NCBI GenBank assembly: GCA_965649765.1
Contig: OZ287750.1
Coordinates: 85,312,001 to 85,376,000, forward strand
From: Bispira polyomma
Taxonomy: Eukaryota
Length of the DNA: 64,000 nucleotides
Reading direction: 5' to 3'
Shown here: positions 61,501 through 64,000 of the stretch, in pieces
Numbering within the stretch: the first letter of the stretch is position 1
Layout: the number at the start of each line of letters is the position of its first letter
Translations under genes and position numbers: made by a program
The notes under the pieces: model-generated
The model's input: only the letters and a program-made list of their open reading frames with translations
Database searches by the model: none
Told to the model about the DNA's origin: nothing

Positions 61501-64000
61501 AGATATATGAACTGAGTATAAATTATAATACAATTCACAAGTAGTCATTTTATTGAATACATTCTGGGCACAACAGTAATCTTTACACACTAAGTTTTCA
61601 AAACAAACCTAGTACCTATATGAATGCTGATTGTTAAATTTGTTTGATTTATTTATTTTGATTTGTCCACTTACGCCAGGTACTTTAAACAATGTGTTTG
61701 TGTCCCCCGCAAATATCTATGTGATTGTATTACTAGTAACTCAAGTAGAGTTTATCCCTTTTCCACAAACCTAGAAAGACATCTTGATGACAGTCTTTAA
61801 AACCTACACATAAATAAATAAGTCATGAAACTTGAAGCACCTCAGCCTGATAGATGACTACCTCTAATTTCCCTTGAGATATAAATATATGCACTCAGAT
61901 CAGTAGTTACTATTTTGAGAATAGACAGGTCTACTTTTATCTGATCTTATCACGTCTGCTGAGCATAATATCTATATTATGGGAACAGTGTATAATTTAT
62001 ATTCGATTAAAAACTACTTGCGTCAATTAACAGAACAAAATCACAGTCACGTGTCATTCACATAATCATAATATTGGTTTAATTGGGGAGTACCAAATAA
62101 AATTTTTTATTTAACAACAAGAATCTTTGTTACTTATAAAGCAAACAGATTTTTCTTCAATTTATTTTTTTTCGTCTTTAAATTGGTACGTCTGGGCGTA
62201 CTGGCGTTAATGGTAGCTACGCCCCTGATATCTTAAAACATAATATAGGACTTTATCATATAATAGGATATATGCTATAAGTGAAACTTCGGTATTGCTC
62301 ATATAATCAGTCATGTGATATATATATCAGACATTTTTCATCATCCATTTGTCATGCATTTATGATAAGTGTCATGCACTTGTGATAAGTGACATGCACG
62401 TGTGATAAGCGTCATTCATATAACCTCTCTGCGTACAATACAGCAAATGTCATTACTGCATAAACTCACCAGGCATTCATAAACTATAAAAAGGTAGTTT
62501 AAAAACCTATTACTTATGAATTATATGTAAACTTTGGAATTCCACTGTTTGGTGTCTCTTAATTGAAGAACATTTTTAGATTGTAAAATGGTTTTAGTTT
62601 ATCCTTACACAACTAAACATCACCATGAATAATTTGATATATAACAATTATCTATTCTTGGTACAAACACACCTTTGCTTCTAAACCGCTTGAAATTCTT
62701 TGCTTATACTTCTGTACAACATAAACATTTTCAACATTTTCACTAATTTGCTTTTTTAAAACAAATTCACACGAATTGATAATCACAATGAACTAATTTT
62801 AGTTTAAAAAAATGATTACAAAATTTTCAGTTTGAATTGGTTAGAGATTTTTTTGTTGCTAAAATAGGTAAAAATTTATTCTCAATGAAAATTTTCAGTT
62901 TTTCTTCAGTATTTATTCTTACAATACACACAATGTACACTGTAGTGAAATGTTTTAATTATTTTCCTCCTTATTCAAGGATTTCTCAGATTCATACTAT
63001 TGACTCTTTACTTCCTTTTCTGTGTAAAGATGCTGGCATTCTGTTTGTAATATCACCACATTTGTATGTAATGAACAATAACCAACCCAAGGACTTTCAT
63101 GTGTTTCATTTGAAGTTTAGCTTACACCGTCAATGTCAGCATTAAGTTACAAAGAGAATATATTTCATTATGCTATCTTTACACATGATCTCACCACCTA
63201 TATAATACCCAGATAAGCATCAGAAATACAATAGTTTCGATAGTGATATTAAATAATAATTTGTGTTACATGTAAATTATAGAGACTTGAAGTAAATGTC
63301 AGATTTCAGCCTGAAGTTACCACTAAAATCAAAGTGTTTGCTTGGTGTTTTTTGGCCTTTCTCGGTTCCTATGACGTTTAATGCAGATATGTAGTCCCAG
63401 CAGGGTTTTTCAACTCAGTTTATGGTGGCTTGGATGGAATAAAAACTGCTTTGTGTTAAAACCCTCGAGAATGGTAGTTGTTTTTCATCTGAGAAGGACT
63501 GATACAGAAAATAATCAAAGATCTGCTGCTGTGGACTATAAGTCAATGTAGGAGAGAGAGACCATAATTATCCCTATTTTGTTCATGTAATAAAAGATAG
63601 GTATATATGTAGCAGCAAGAACTAAAAAAACTGTTTTATCTTTAAAATGATTTTCTCTCTAGTCAAATAACATGTAAAGGATGCTATCAAGGATAAAAAA
63701 GCATGAAATGAAGTATTTGTATGTTAAAGATTTGGAGGTAAAATATCAGGCAATGTGTTGTTGTTTGCTTTTCCCATTCCAAGATTAACTTAAATAAATA
63801 ATACTGCATTTTTGACAAGCCACTCTCTGCTTAGTTTATGAGTTTTGCTTTTATGTCTAAATCTTAACAGCTTTGTTATTTCTTCATTGTTATTGTCTTT
63901 CCTTTTAGTTAAAAGGACAGAAGAAATGACAGTCTCTTTAATGTAAATGGACATTTTGAAAGAAAAAACACTTTTTTTCAAACAAAGTAAAATTTGTTGA

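Overview
AT-rich (roughly two-thirds A+T) eukaryotic, probably invertebrate/mollusc-like, repeat-dense DNA with two N gaps and no host protein-coding exon that I can support. The main feature is a full-length but decaying tyrosine-recombinase retrotransposon on the minus strand (4929-11608). It is Ngaro-like: gag, RT, RNase H and YR, no methyltransferase, with split direct repeats arranged A1...B1-A2-spacer-B2. Its YR frame has no initiator ATG. It starts instead at a TTTCAG splice acceptor whose phase matches a G|GTAA donor found at the same position in two divergent gag copies in this window, suggesting a spliced Gag-YR fusion. Its ~875-bp non-coding spacer is a chain of hairpins. Bases ~15.8-34.3 kb are three tandem 5.5-7 kb macro-units carrying short non-coding blocks that are much more conserved than their flanks (TCF/Fox-type and DR4-type motifs). 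The rest consists of minisatellites (44, 29 and 41 bp), a ~490-bp-arm foldback, tRNA-derived SINEs, L2/CR1 LINE fragments, MITEs and Helentron-like elements.
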